Assembly (NCBI GenBank): GCA_965237565.1
Contig: OZ250145.1
Span: 955,529-1,019,528, forward strand
Source: Bdellovibrionales bacterium
Lineage (GTDB): Bacteria; Bdellovibrionota; Bdellovibrionia; Bdellovibrionales; UBA1609
DNA: 64,000 nt
Direction: 5' to 3'
The position numbers and the translations under genes are program-made. Below, in pieces: positions 46,643-57,206 of the stretch; the stretch's first letter is position 1; the number at the start of each line of letters is the position of its first letter. The notes below the pieces were generated by a model, which saw only the letters and a list, made by a program, of their open reading frames with translations, was not told the origin of the DNA and made no database searches.

Positions 46643-47802
46643 AGGATGTGTTCATTGTATCGGCTTGGGGTCGTGGAGCTTTTTTGGCGCATAGGCTTGC
46701 TAGACATTTTTCTGTTTCTTTTTTGGATCTTTCCCCTCTTTTTTCGAACTCTTTACCAGAGATCGAAGGACCTTTTGGCGTGTTTTTGCCAGAAAACTTG
46801 GATGACAACAAAAGACAATACCTCTGCGGTGATTTGATCCACATGGTTCCACAAGGTTTTTGTGTCCTAAATCCCAAAGGGATTTTTGAATTTCAAGGAG
46901 CTATGAGTTCATTTTTTATGAAAAAACCGGAAGCAAAATTTGCCCACTCTTTTTTTTCGAACTGGAAAAAGGAGAAGCATAATAAAGAAGACGAGGAGCT
47001 TGCTTGGCTCATTCGTTTGGCAGAACAAATGGGAAGCAGTGTGCTTTCCCCTGAGAGAAAAAAAAATTCTTCCTATTTTTACAGCCCCATTTTTTCTCCC
47101 TATGCTTTGAAAGAGAGTTCTTTTCGCTACTTTGAAAATTTACAGAAAAATTTATCTTATCAAGGCATAGAGTGTTTCACTATTGATTCTTCAATGAAAT
47201 TGGATGTTCAAAAAAAAAGTGTTTGTATAAAGACAAATCAAATGCAAAAAGAAGCCAAGCATCTGGTATGGGCCCTCAGCGGTCCAGAGACCAATCGATA
47301 TTTTCCCTCGTTGATGAACACCTTGTTTCCCAATTGGGAAAAGCCCAAATGGATTTGGCAGAGATTTTCTCTTTCTTGGGATGATCTTTCTTATGAAGGA
47401 GTGATTCCCTCTATCTTCCTCTTGCAAACGGAGATTTCTTCGCCTTGCTTGCTGGGGAATACAATGATTGTTAAGAAAAACCCCAACTCACATGAGGGAG
47501 ATCTTTGGAAAATTTGCCCTTACTCGAAAAGATTCGATAAAAAGATCATGATTTCTGAATTGCAGTCCGCTTTGTGCCATCTTCGCCAGTTTTTTCCTTT
47601 CTTCTCTATTGAAGCTTCGCTTCCGGATGAGAATTTTTGTCACGACTACTTTGTCTTGTATGAAAAAAGTGGTATGAGAAAATCAATATCGAAACCTGTC
47701 TTTCATTTGAATCCAGAAGCGAGCGGAAAATTAGATGATTATTCTCTATTGCAATACGCAGAATTGTTATTTCAGGAACTCTTGAAGGAAAAGAATGCTT
47801 AA
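46639..47802 (+). CDS. Hypothetical protein embedded in the pur operon (degenerate Rossmann-like N-terminus)
   Basis: ATG 46639 overlaps the purM stop (ATGA), and the 3' end overlaps the purB start by 8 nt. 'VFIVSAWGRGAFLAHRLA' is a GxGxxG-like motif. Confidence 0.6.
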   Translation: MKDVFIVSAWGRGAFLAHRLARHFSVSFLDLSPLFSNSLPEIEGPFGVFLPENLDDNKRQYLCGDLIHMVPQGFCVLNPKGIFEFQGAMSSFFMKKPEAKFAHSFFSNWKKEKHNKEDEELAWLIRLAEQMGSSVLSPERKKNSSYFYSPIFSPYALKESSFRYFENLQKNLSYQGIECFTIDSSMKLDVQKKSVCIKTNQMQKEAKHLVWALSGPETNRYFPSLMNTLFPNWEKPKWIWQRFSLSWDDLSYEGVIPSIFLLQTEISSPCLLGNTMIVKKNPNSHEGDLWKICPYSKRFDKKIMISELQSALCHLRQFFPFFSIEASLPDENFCHDYFVLYEKSGMRKSISKPVFHLNPEASGKLDDYSLLQYAELLFQELLKEKNA

Positions 47803-49117
47803 AAGATACACAAGAGAAGAGATGGGTCGCATTTGGACTCTAGAGAATCGCTTTAGAAAAATGTTGGAGATTGAAAAAGCCGTAGCCTCCGTACAAACTG
47901 ATTTGGATTTGATTCCCAAGGAGGCGGGAGAGGCCATTCAGAAAAAAGCTGATTTTCGATTGGAAAATATTTTAGAAAAAGAAAAGAAAACTCGTCACGA
48001 TGTAACGGCTTTCATTCAGGAAGTGGCTCAACATGTGGGCTCCCAGTACGGCAGTTATGTGCACTGGGGACTCACTTCTTCTGATGTCTTGGATTCCGCT
48101 TTGGCCTTGATGATTCGGGATGCCTCTTTTGTTTTGGAGAAATCTTTTCACAGTTTAAAGCAGGCTTTGCTTTCGCAAATAGAAAAACATCTGGATACTC
48201 TTTGCTCTGGACGCACACACGCAGTGGTGGCAGAGCCTATCACTTTCGGTTTCAAGCTCTCTGGTTTTTTATTGGAGTTGGAGCGTAATCAAGTTCGTGT
48301 CTTTCGAGCTATTCGTCAGACTCAAGTTGGCAAGATCAGCGGAGCGGTGGGAGCTTATGGCACTCTTCCTCCTGAATTGGAAAAAAAGCTTTGTGAAAAA
48401 TTGCATCTTTCTCCCGAGCCCTTGGCAACGCAGGTGATCCCTAGAGATCGTTATGCAGAGCTTGTTTTTTCGCTCGCTATGACAGCTAGTGGTTTGGAGA
48501 GACTGGCAGTTGAGATTCGTCATTTGCAAAGATCCGAAGTGTCTGAAGTCGCGGAGGGTTTTCGATCTGGACAAATGGGTTCCAGTGCTATGCCTCACAA
48601 AAAAAATCCTGTTTCTTCTGAAAATATTACTGGTCTTTCTCGTCTGATTCGCTCCTATGTGATGCCCAGTTTGGAAAATATTGTTTTGTGGCATGAAAGA
48701 GATATTTCACACTCCTCTGTGGAACGCGTGATCTTTCCTTCTGTTTTTATCCTTTGTGACTATGCTTTGAATCGTATGAGTGAGTTGATACAAAATCTAG
48801 AAGTAAACAAAGAGCAGATGTTGAAAAATATGGAAGTAAAGGGAGGAGTGATATTTTCTTCTTTTTTACTCTCTGCCTTGATTCGGAAGGGAATGTCTCG
48901 TTCTTCGGCCTATGACTTGGTTCAGTCTTTAAGTTTATCTTTACAAGCTTCTGAGTCTTTTCAAGATGTTTTGTTGAAGGATCAATCCATAATGAAATAC
49001 TTGAGTTCCAAAGAGATAAAAGAAATTTTTTCCTTTGAAAAAAGAAAAAAAGAACTTCATTTGAGAGTGAAAAAGATTTTGGATTCTTTTCGGCAAGCAA
49101 ATAGGCAAAAAGCATGA
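47795..49117 (+). CDS. purB: Adenylosuccinate lyase
   Basis: Fumarate-lyase signature 'GSSAMPHKKNP'. 440 aa. Confidence 0.95.
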   Translation: MLKRYTREEMGRIWTLENRFRKMLEIEKAVASVQTDLDLIPKEAGEAIQKKADFRLENILEKEKKTRHDVTAFIQEVAQHVGSQYGSYVHWGLTSSDVLDSALALMIRDASFVLEKSFHSLKQALLSQIEKHLDTLCSGRTHAVVAEPITFGFKLSGFLLELERNQVRVFRAIRQTQVGKISGAVGAYGTLPPELEKKLCEKLHLSPEPLATQVIPRDRYAELVFSLAMTASGLERLAVEIRHLQRSEVSEVAEGFRSGQMGSSAMPHKKNPVSSENITGLSRLIRSYVMPSLENIVLWHERDISHSSVERVIFPSVFILCDYALNRMSELIQNLEVNKEQMLKNMEVKGGVIFSSFLLSALIRKGMSRSSAYDLVQSLSLSLQASESFQDVLLKDQSIMKYLSSKEIKEIFSFEKRKKELHLRVKKILDSFRQANRQKA

Positions 49118-49848
49118 AATGGCATAGAGGAGATTTCCTTCATGAAGGGAAGGGAAAGTCGATTTATTCCATTGAAAATTCTTCTCACTTGCTTTGGATG
49201 GATTTTAAAGATCAATTGACGGCATACAACGGAGAAAAAAAATCTTCCTTTGAAAAAAAAGGCATGTTCAATCGAGATTGCAGTTCCATTATTTTTCGCT
49301 ATTTAGAAAAGGAAGGATTTTCCACTCATTGGATAGAAAATGTGAATGATTGCTCGATGATTTGTCGTCGGCTGGATATGGTTCCCTTAGAGGTAGTCGT
49401 AAGAAATCGCATTGCCGGATCCATTGCTCGCAAGTTTTCGATGAAGGAAGGAACTTCTTTAGAAAATCCTTTAGTGGAACTTTATTATAAGAACGACAAT
49501 CTCAAAGACCCTTTCATAAATTCAGAGCAGGCCTTGGCGCTCAAATTGCTTTGCAAACAGGAGGAAATCAATTTGTTGAAGAGGGTGGCTTTACGAATCA
49601 ACGAGCGCTTGGTTTTATTTTTTGATTTCGTTGGAGTGGAACTCATTGACTTCAAGTTAGAATTTGGAAGAAATAAGGATGATTTTATTTTGGGTGACGA
49701 AATTTCCTGTGACACCTGTCGCTTGTGGGAAAAATCGACCGGAGAGAAATTAGATAAGGATCGTTTTCGCTTGGATTTGGGAGGGACGGAAGAAGCCTAC
49801 GAGAAGGTGCATCGTCTTTTGACTGAAAAATGGGAGAAAAGATTGTGA
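49114..49848 (+). CDS. purC: SAICAR synthetase
   Basis: 'GKGKSIY', 'LEVVVRN', 'LIDFKLEFG', 'DEISCDTCRLW'. Confidence 0.92.
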   Translation: MKWHRGDFLHEGKGKSIYSIENSSHLLWMDFKDQLTAYNGEKKSSFEKKGMFNRDCSSIIFRYLEKEGFSTHWIENVNDCSMICRRLDMVPLEVVVRNRIAGSIARKFSMKEGTSLENPLVELYYKNDNLKDPFINSEQALALKLLCKQEEINLLKRVALRINERLVLFFDFVGVELIDFKLEFGRNKDDFILGDEISCDTCRLWEKSTGEKLDKDRFRLDLGGTEEAYEKVHRLLTEKWEKRL

Positions 49849-50093
49849 CATTTGTAGTAGATGTGAGTGTTTTGCCAAGGAAGGAGGTCTTAGATGTTCA
49901 GGGGAGAGCCATTGCCGAGACTTTAAAAAGCTTGGGTCATTCCATCGAAGATTGTATTTGTGGAAAATTGATTCGAATAAAGGTCCAAGGAGAAAATCAG
50001 GAAGAGGCTTTACAAAAGGCAAAAGAGATGGTCAAGACAGTTTTGTGTAATCCTCTTGTGGAGACATACCACTTGGAAATTTCGTCTCTGTAA
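49830..50093 (+). CDS. purS: FGAM synthase subunit PurS
   Basis: 87 aa. 'VLPRKEVLDVQGRAIAETLKSLGH' is the typical PurS pattern. Positioned between purC and purQ. Confidence 0.85.
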   Translation: MGEKIVTFVVDVSVLPRKEVLDVQGRAIAETLKSLGHSIEDCICGKLIRIKVQGENQEEALQKAKEMVKTVLCNPLVETYHLEISSL

Positions 50094-50108
50094 AGTGGGG
50101 AACCCATT

Positions 50109-50750
50109 ATGAAGCCAGTTGCAGTTTTGTGTTTTCCGGGAACCCAATGCGATCAAGATGTAAAAGCTGTTTTTGATTTATTAAACAAGCCTGTGAAATG
50201 GATCTGGCACAAAGATCAATTTTCTTATAGAGATTATTCTTCTTTTATTTTAGCTGGGGGATTTTCCTATGGAGACTATCTGCGGGCTGGAGCTTTGGCA
50301 GCTCATTCGCAGGCCACTCGGGAAATCCATTCGGCAGCTTTAGCTGGCTGGCCTGTATTGGGTATTTGTAATGGTTTTCAAATTCTATGTGAAATGGGAT
50401 TGCTAACAGGGACTTTGAGACTGAATCAAAATTGTCGTTTTATTTCCAAGTGGATAGACTTAGAGCTTTGCAATCCTTGTGAGATGTGGGGTGGAGACAA
50501 AAAGAAAAATATTTGCATTCCGATGGCTCACAAAGAGGGTTCTTTTTACGTTTCAAAAGAACAGTTGAGGGGCTTGGAAAATGAATCACAAATCTGGTGG
50601 CGATACAAAAAAAATCCCAACGGTTCAGTAGAAGACATAGCTGGTGTGATGAATAAAAAAAGAAATGTTGCTGGACTCATGCCTCATCCGGAAAGAGCGG
50701 TGGCGAATTGGATGGGGAGCGAGCAGGGGCTTTCTTTTTTTCAAAATTGA
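50109..50750 (+). CDS. purQ: FGAM synthase glutaminase subunit PurQ
   Basis: Nucleophile elbow 'GICNGFQIL' and 'MPHPER'. Confidence 0.93.
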   Translation: MKPVAVLCFPGTQCDQDVKAVFDLLNKPVKWIWHKDQFSYRDYSSFILAGGFSYGDYLRAGALAAHSQATREIHSAALAGWPVLGICNGFQILCEMGLLTGTLRLNQNCRFISKWIDLELCNPCEMWGGDKKKNICIPMAHKEGSFYVSKEQLRGLENESQIWWRYKKNPNGSVEDIAGVMNKKRNVAGLMPHPERAVANWMGSEQGLSFFQN

Positions 50751-50765
50751 AAAAAGGGGTCTGAA

Positions 50766-52976
50766 ATGCAAAAGGAGCTTTTGGCTCATTACCGCTTGAG
50801 TGTAGAGGAGTACCAGTCCATTGAAAAAAAACTTAGGCATTCTCCCTCTCGCTTGGAGTTGGCTTTGTTTTCCGCCCTCTGGAGCGAGCATTGTTCTTAC
50901 AAAAGTACTTCCATTCATCTAAAGAAACTCTATTTTGATTCACCCAAAGTGCTGAGTTCCTTCGGTGAAAATGCAGGAGTTGTAGATATCGGACAAGAGG
51001 AAAAAGTGGCTTTCAAAGTAGAAAGCCACAATCATCCTTCTCAGATTTCCCCTTATCACGGAGCGGGAACGGGGGTGGGTGGAATTTTGAGAGATATATT
51101 TGTTATGAATGCTCGTCCAGTGGCCTTGGCCAATTATCTTTGCTTTGGCAGTCCAGACTCTGCATCCACTCCCAGCTTGGTGGATGGAGTGGTTCGCGGA
51201 ATTGGGGATTACGGCAACTGCATGGGCATTCCAACGATTACTGGGCAAACCGAGTTTCATCCTTCTTATAATGAAAATGTTATCGTAAACGCTTTCGCTC
51301 TTGGCTATTTTGGTCCTAAGGATTCCGTGATGACTTCAAAACCTTGGGGGAGTGGCAACTTGTTAGTTTATGCCGGGTCTCAGACGGGGAGAGACGGCAT
51401 CCATGGCGCTTCCATGGCGAGTGAATCTTTTACGGAGAAAAGCCATAAAAACAAAGAGACCTGTGTGCAAATAGGAGATCCCTTCTATGGGAAATTACTA
51501 ATGGAATCTTGTTTGGAGGTGATGAAAAAAAAATTGATTGTGTCAGCTCAGGATATGGGAGCTGCCGGTTTGATTAGTTCCAGTTTTGAGATGCTGAGCA
51601 AGGGAAAAATGGGGATGGATCTTCATTTGGACCGAGTTCCTTTAAGAGATTCTAGCATGAGTCCGGAAGACATTTTATTATCTGAAACACAGGAGAGAGT
51701 TTTGTTTGTGGTTCAGCCGGATAAGTGGGATCAAGTGCAATCTATTTTTACGAAATGGGGCTTGCCGTCTTTTGTGCTTGGGAAATTAAAAGAAGAAAGA
51801 AGTGCCAAATTGTTTTGGCGAGGGAAGCAAATTTTGCAAATTGATCCCAGTTTTTTAACGGATGAGGCTCCTTGCTACAAGCGTCCTTTTTCTTCGTGGA
51901 AGGCCTTGCATCGTACAAAGAATAAGGAAAATACAAAACCTGCTTTCAACAAGCAAGAAGCTTCGACAGTCTTGTTATCCATTCTCAGTGATTCACGAGC
52001 CTGCACTCGCCAATTCATTTATGGGCAATATGATCAAACCGTGGGAGCCAAAACAATTAGGGATGCCTCTTTTCCTATTGCTGTGATTCGTTTGCCCAGT
52101 TCGGGCAGATTTTTGGCTCTCTGTTTTGGGGGAAGACCTCATATCATGAGAATGGATAGCTTGGAGGGAGGCAAAGATTCCATTTATGAACCAGCCCTTC
52201 AGTTAGCGAGTCGAGGTTTTGAGCCTTTGGCTTTCACAGATGGTCTGAATTTTGGTTCTCCTGAAAACAAAACTGTGATGACCGAATTGGTAGCTTGCAT
52301 AGAGGGCATGGCTCAGGCGAGTCGATCTTTAAAAACGCCGATTGTGAGTGGTAATGTGAGCTTGTATAATGAAACAAAGGGAAGAGTGATTTCCTCTACC
52401 CCAGTGACCACTTTGATTGGAGTGAAGGATTCTTTGGACATGCCCAAAGCTTCTTTAACCGGCGAAGCTGGCCACTCGGTGTATGTATTGAGTGCTCATC
52501 AAGTTTTCCATAAAGGTCTCATGGCAGAGAAAATGAAAGAAAAAGCCCCCTTCGTTTTTTATGGGTCCTTAGAACCAAAGATTTGCAAAAACTTTATGGA
52601 AACTTTATGGAAAGTGAGCCAAATGGCTCCTCCTGAGTCTTTGCGGGTTGTCGGGAAATTTGGTTTGCTTTACACTCTTGCCCGGAAACTTTTGTATGCG
52701 AATCTTGGAATGAAGCTCAATATCCCTTATGATTTTTTTCAGGAAAGGTTGTATGAATTGGTTTTAGTTTTGACAAAAGAGCAATCAGATATTTGGAAGG
52801 AAAGCGTAGCTGGCACAGATTTTCAGTTGGAAAAAATTGGTGAAACAATATCCGAGCCAAGGCTCTTGGTGAATCATCAAATTGATTTACCAAATGATCA
52901 ATTAAGAAAAGCCTATGAATCGGGATGGAATCGGTCTTTTCAACATTCATCTGCTCATAAATTGGTGGGATTATAG
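50766..52976 (+). CDS. purL: FGAM synthase subunit PurL (small type)
   Basis: 'SEHCSYKS', 'ESHNHPS', 'GTGVGGILRD'. 736 aa. Confidence 0.95.
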   Translation: MQKELLAHYRLSVEEYQSIEKKLRHSPSRLELALFSALWSEHCSYKSTSIHLKKLYFDSPKVLSSFGENAGVVDIGQEEKVAFKVESHNHPSQISPYHGAGTGVGGILRDIFVMNARPVALANYLCFGSPDSASTPSLVDGVVRGIGDYGNCMGIPTITGQTEFHPSYNENVIVNAFALGYFGPKDSVMTSKPWGSGNLLVYAGSQTGRDGIHGASMASESFTEKSHKNKETCVQIGDPFYGKLLMESCLEVMKKKLIVSAQDMGAAGLISSSFEMLSKGKMGMDLHLDRVPLRDSSMSPEDILLSETQERVLFVVQPDKWDQVQSIFTKWGLPSFVLGKLKEERSAKLFWRGKQILQIDPSFLTDEAPCYKRPFSSWKALHRTKNKENTKPAFNKQEASTVLLSILSDSRACTRQFIYGQYDQTVGAKTIRDASFPIAVIRLPSSGRFLALCFGGRPHIMRMDSLEGGKDSIYEPALQLASRGFEPLAFTDGLNFGSPENKTVMTELVACIEGMAQASRSLKTPIVSGNVSLYNETKGRVISSTPVTTLIGVKDSLDMPKASLTGEAGHSVYVLSAHQVFHKGLMAEKMKEKAPFVFYGSLEPKICKNFMETLWKVSQMAPPESLRVVGKFGLLYTLARKLLYANLGMKLNIPYDFFQERLYELVLVLTKEQSDIWKESVAGTDFQLEKIGETISEPRLLVNHQIDLPNDQLRKAYESGWNRSFQHSSAHKLVGL

Positions 52977-54370
52977 TGTCTGGATGGAATGATAAATGCG
53001 CTGTGTTTGGCATCTGGGATGATCCTGAAGCTTCTTGGATGACTTATTTGGGTCTTTATGCCCAACAACATCGTGGTCAGGAGGGGGCGGGTATTGTCTC
53101 TCTTCACGAGGGCAATCATATCATTCACCGTGGTTCCGGTTTGGTGGGGGAAGTTTTTAATGAAAATATTTTAAAAAAACTAAAAGGACGTTCTGCGATT
53201 GGACATGCAAGGTATTCGACTCGGGGTCATGAAGTAAAGGGCAATGTTCAGCCGTTAACATCTCGTCTATCTAATGGCTTGATAGCTGTTTCACACAATG
53301 GAAATATTGTTAATTTTTCTGAACTCAGAAAAGAGTTGATGGATCGAGGGAGTATTTTCTATGGCACGAGCGACACAGAGTGCTTGATTCATTTGTTAGC
53401 CTATGAAAATAAGTCTTCCATTGTCTCTGCTTTAAAGAAATGTTTGCCTCGTTTGAAAGGGGCTTACAGTCTTACCCTATTAACGCAGGATTCTTTACTA
53501 GCGATCAGGGATCCGATGGGATTTCGGCCTCTTGTACTGGGTCGAAGACCCGTGAAAGGACAGCAAAAAAAATCTTGGGTGGTGGCCTCAGAGACTTGCG
53601 CTTTGGATCTAATAGGCGCGGAATTGGTTCGTGAAATTGAGCCGGGTGAAATATGGTCGGTCAATTCTGAAGAAGAGAAGTCGGAATTTTTGCCAATGAA
53701 AAACAAGCAACATCATCGTTGTGTTTTTGAGGCTGTGTATTTTGCTCGTCCGGACAGCCAAGTCTTTGGCAGAAATATTTATCAGACAAGAAAGGAACTG
53801 GGACGCATTTTGGCTCAAGAAAGTTCTGTGCCAGCTGACCTCGTTTTGCCCGTGCCTGATAGTGGTGTGCCCAGTGCAATTGGTTATAGTGAAGCCAGCG
53901 GAATTTCTTATGAGATGGGAATTATACGCAATCATTACATAGGGAGAACCTTTATCCATCCTTCGCAGAGCATTCGAAATTTTCGGGTGAAGATAAAACT
54001 TAGCCCGCAAAAATCATTGATTGCTAAAAAAAGTATTGTCGTTGTGGATGATTCTTTAGTTCGAGGGACCACTTCCTTAGCCCTTGTGGCTATGTTGAGG
54101 CAAGGCGGGGTCAAAGAAATTCATTTTCGCATAGCTTCTCCTCCCATCACTGGGCCTTGTTTTTACGGCGTAGACACTCCAGAAAAAAGTGAATTGATTG
54201 CGTCAAAAATGAATACAAAGGAAATTCAAAAATATCTTCAAGTAGATTCTTTGGCTTTTTTATCTCATGAGGGTTTGATGAAGGCCGTGAAAGGTCCAAA
54301 AAACACAGATGGATTTTGCTCGGCTTGTTTCACTGGGAATTATCCAACAGCTTTGCCCAAGAGTGTGTAG
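52976..54370 (+). CDS. purF: Amidophosphoribosyltransferase (Fe-S type, with short propeptide)
   Basis: '...DKCAVFGIW' (Ntn Cys after a 7-aa leader), PRPP loop 'VVDDSLVRGTT', cluster Cys in 'CFYGVDTP' and 'CSACFTGNYP'. Confidence 0.95.
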   Translation: MSGWNDKCAVFGIWDDPEASWMTYLGLYAQQHRGQEGAGIVSLHEGNHIIHRGSGLVGEVFNENILKKLKGRSAIGHARYSTRGHEVKGNVQPLTSRLSNGLIAVSHNGNIVNFSELRKELMDRGSIFYGTSDTECLIHLLAYENKSSIVSALKKCLPRLKGAYSLTLLTQDSLLAIRDPMGFRPLVLGRRPVKGQQKKSWVVASETCALDLIGAELVREIEPGEIWSVNSEEEKSEFLPMKNKQHHRCVFEAVYFARPDSQVFGRNIYQTRKELGRILAQESSVPADLVLPVPDSGVPSAIGYSEASGISYEMGIIRNHYIGRTFIHPSQSIRNFRVKIKLSPQKSLIAKKSIVVVDDSLVRGTTSLALVAMLRQGGVKEIHFRIASPPITGPCFYGVDTPEKSELIASKMNTKEIQKYLQVDSLAFLSHEGLMKAVKGPKNTDGFCSACFTGNYPTALPKSV

Positions 54371-54539
54371 CAATTTTCATCATTTTTCTATAAATGATCC
54401 AAGATCCAGCCCATCATGGTCACTGTAATTGGTTCAACCAGTGTCATTGATTTGGTTCCAAATAATGCGATCCAGTGGAAGATAGATAAATCGAACGAAT
54501 GTATAGTTTTTTTTTAAAATGATTGTATAGTTTTCACGT

Positions 54540-55475
54540 ATGTATGGTCGTTTAGACCCCTTATCTCATTCCTCCTTGATTGATCTGATAGCTCCTGGGG
54601 CCCCTGTCTCTTCCAATCAAGTTCGAGAGGCTGTGAAACAAGTGGAGTCTTTGGGATTTCGGGCCCGGTGGATGGGGTGCTTGGGTGGATCATTTTTATT
54701 TTCTGCGAGCGATCGAGAGAGAATACAGCACATAAAAAAAGTTTTGGCCCTCAGAGATTCCCAAGCCATTTGGTGCATTCGAGGAGGCTACGGAAGCCAA
54801 AGACTCATGAGCGTTTTAGGACGTATGAAAAAACCCCAACGAGCAAAAATTTTCATTGGCTATAGCGACGTAAGCATACTGCAGATGTTTCTAAACCTAA
54901 GCTGGGGATGGCCTGCTCTTCATTTTCCTGTTCTGACTCAATTAAAAGATTGTTCTCCCTCGGCTGTAAGGAGATTTCAATCTATTCTCAGGGGAGAAAA
55001 AACAAAACAGGTTTTTAAAAAACTAAAAGTTTTCAATCCAAAAAAAACTTTGAAGAGAATTCGTTCCTATGTAGTTGGCGGGAATATGACTCTTGTTCAA
55101 AGTTCTATTGGTACTCCTTGGGCCTATTCTTTCAAAAACAAAATTTTATTTTTGGAGGATACAGGTGAATCCCCTTACCGAGTGGATCGCACTTTGTGGC
55201 AGATGTACCATGCCGGCGTTTTTAAGGGAGTGAGAGCCTTGATTTTGGGAGATTTTATAGGATTGAAAAAAGGAGAAAAAAGCCAAATGAGAAAAGTGTT
55301 TCAATCTTTTTCCTCCTTGGTTTCTTTTCCTATTTTGGAGGGAATCCCTTGCGGTCACGGGCGAAAAAAAGAAGCACTTCCGTTTATGACAAATTGTGAA
55401 CTAACAATAAAGAGGGGGGCTCAGGCGGAACTTTGTATACAAAGTCCGTTCAAAAAACTACCAAAGGGAGTGTAA
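54540..55475 (+). CDS. ldcA: LD-carboxypeptidase (peptidase S66)
   Basis: 'IWCIRGGYGSQRLM', 'GYSDVS', C-terminal 'GHG'. Confidence 0.85.
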   Translation: MYGRLDPLSHSSLIDLIAPGAPVSSNQVREAVKQVESLGFRARWMGCLGGSFLFSASDRERIQHIKKVLALRDSQAIWCIRGGYGSQRLMSVLGRMKKPQRAKIFIGYSDVSILQMFLNLSWGWPALHFPVLTQLKDCSPSAVRRFQSILRGEKTKQVFKKLKVFNPKKTLKRIRSYVVGGNMTLVQSSIGTPWAYSFKNKILFLEDTGESPYRVDRTLWQMYHAGVFKGVRALILGDFIGLKKGEKSQMRKVFQSFSSLVSFPILEGIPCGHGRKKEALPFMTNCELTIKRGAQAELCIQSPFKKLPKGV

Positions 55476-56939
55476 TTGAAACTCAGAGTTCGTCGAGGAG
55501 CTTCGGCTGAATTTTCTTTCATAGACCTTACAGCTTCTGCAAAAATTCATATCATGGGAATCTGCGGGACGGCTATGTCTGCTCTGGCAGGGCTGTTGCA
55601 ACAAAAGGGTTACCAGATTTCTGGGAGTGATCGTCACTTTTATCCTCCCATTTCGAATGAACTCAAACGATTGAAAATCGCTTATTTGGAGGGTTACAAA
55701 GCCGAGCACATTCATCCCGATTTGGATCTGATCGTGGTAGGAAATGTGATTACAAAAACCCTTCCTGAAACACAGGCTCTTTTGGATTCTGGCTTGCCTT
55801 ATGTGAGTCTGCCGGAAATTCTCAATCCTCTCATTATTGGGAACAAAAAATCAGTGATGGTTTCGGGAACTCATGGAAAGACGACTGTTGCCTCTTTGAT
55901 AGCTTGGGTCTTGGATCAGTGTGGCTTGGATCCCAGTTTTCTCATTGGAGGGGTAACTGAAAATTTTCAGACCAATTTTCGAATGAGAAATTCTGATTGG
56001 TTTGTTATAGAAGGAGATGAATATGATACAGCTTTTTTCGAAAAGACACCCAAGTTTGTTCATTACAGGGCGACCCACACCATTTTGACAAATATAGAGT
56101 TCGACCATGCCGACATCTATAAAGATATTGAGGAAGTGAAAAAAGCTTTCATTCTCCTGATGGAAAGTTTGCCACCCTCCTCTCACTTGGTAGCCTGTCT
56201 CAGTTCGCCTTATGTAGAGGAGGTGATTGCACACACCCGCTCTTCTTGTGTGAGCTACGGCTCTTCAAGGGGGGATTATCAAATATTGAGACGGAAATCC
56301 TTGCAGACACAGATGACAGGGGGGCAAATTGTTTGGCTCAGAGGGCCTCGCCTAGGAGCTATCAGAATACAGACTCCTCTTTCCGGTGAACACAATGCTT
56401 TGAATATTTTGTCCGTCTGGACTCTTGGTCGCATCTTAGACTTGGATCCAAAGCGAGTGATTTCTGCACTAAAAACTTTTCAAGGCGTGCGACAGAGATT
56501 CCAATTGTTGGGAAATTTTAACGACCTCATCTTGATTGAGGATTTTGCCCATCACCCCACAGCCGTTTGGTTCACTCTACAATCGGCTCGTGAAATCTAT
56601 CCAGAGCATCGTCTTCTAGCTATCTTTGAACCTCGTTCTAACATATCTAGAAGGAATGTTTTTCAAACGGAATATCGACGTGTCCTAAGCGTAGCGGACA
56701 TGGTTTTTTGTATAAAACCTCATGATGTGTCAGGGATTCCTGAAGCCGAGAGATTTTCTTCAGAAAAGTTGATCCAAGAACTGAATCAGTCTGGGACAGT
56801 CTCTTTTTATGCTGAGGATGTGAAGAGTATGGCACAGCTTGTTCAACAAAAGGCATCAAAAGGCGATGTAGTGCTTGTGATGAGCAATGGAGATTTCGGC
56901 GGTCTTTGCTCTTTGTTAAAAGAAGGCTGGGCTAAGTAG
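55476..56939 (+). CDS. mpl: UDP-N-acetylmuramate:L-alanyl-gamma-D-glutamyl-meso-DAP ligase
   Basis: 'IHIMGICGTAMSALAGLL', Mur-ligase P-loop 'VSGTHGKTT'. TTG start lies 5 nt after GGAG and abuts the ldcA stop. Confidence 0.85.
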   Translation: MKLRVRRGASAEFSFIDLTASAKIHIMGICGTAMSALAGLLQQKGYQISGSDRHFYPPISNELKRLKIAYLEGYKAEHIHPDLDLIVVGNVITKTLPETQALLDSGLPYVSLPEILNPLIIGNKKSVMVSGTHGKTTVASLIAWVLDQCGLDPSFLIGGVTENFQTNFRMRNSDWFVIEGDEYDTAFFEKTPKFVHYRATHTILTNIEFDHADIYKDIEEVKKAFILLMESLPPSSHLVACLSSPYVEEVIAHTRSSCVSYGSSRGDYQILRRKSLQTQMTGGQIVWLRGPRLGAIRIQTPLSGEHNALNILSVWTLGRILDLDPKRVISALKTFQGVRQRFQLLGNFNDLILIEDFAHHPTAVWFTLQSAREIYPEHRLLAIFEPRSNISRRNVFQTEYRRVLSVADMVFCIKPHDVSGIPEAERFSSEKLIQELNQSGTVSFYAEDVKSMAQLVQQKASKGDVVLVMSNGDFGGLCSLLKEGWAK

Positions 56940-57206
56940 GTAACTATTTGTTTTTATGACATAATTCCAATAGGAATGAATGTTTGTCCCCAGAGAGCCT
57001 GCTTTCTCATCGCCATTCAATATTTTTTCAGAATCCGCTAAGAAAAAGAGAATGTTAAGTGTTTGTTAATAAGCAAAAATAGGCCTATGATTTTTCTCAT
57101 CATTGCTGTTAGGTAAAGGGTATTAGGAAGTCACAAAATAGATCAATTGGGATAATAAGGCAGAGTTTTTGTTTTTTCAACTTTTCACAGTTAAAGGGAA
57201 TTTCGC

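Noticed and set aside
54371-54539. Minus-strand short frame ending '...TMMGWILDHL*' in the purF-ldcA spacer.
   Set aside because: It is under 50 codons with no clear start or RBS, and nothing in it is recognisable.
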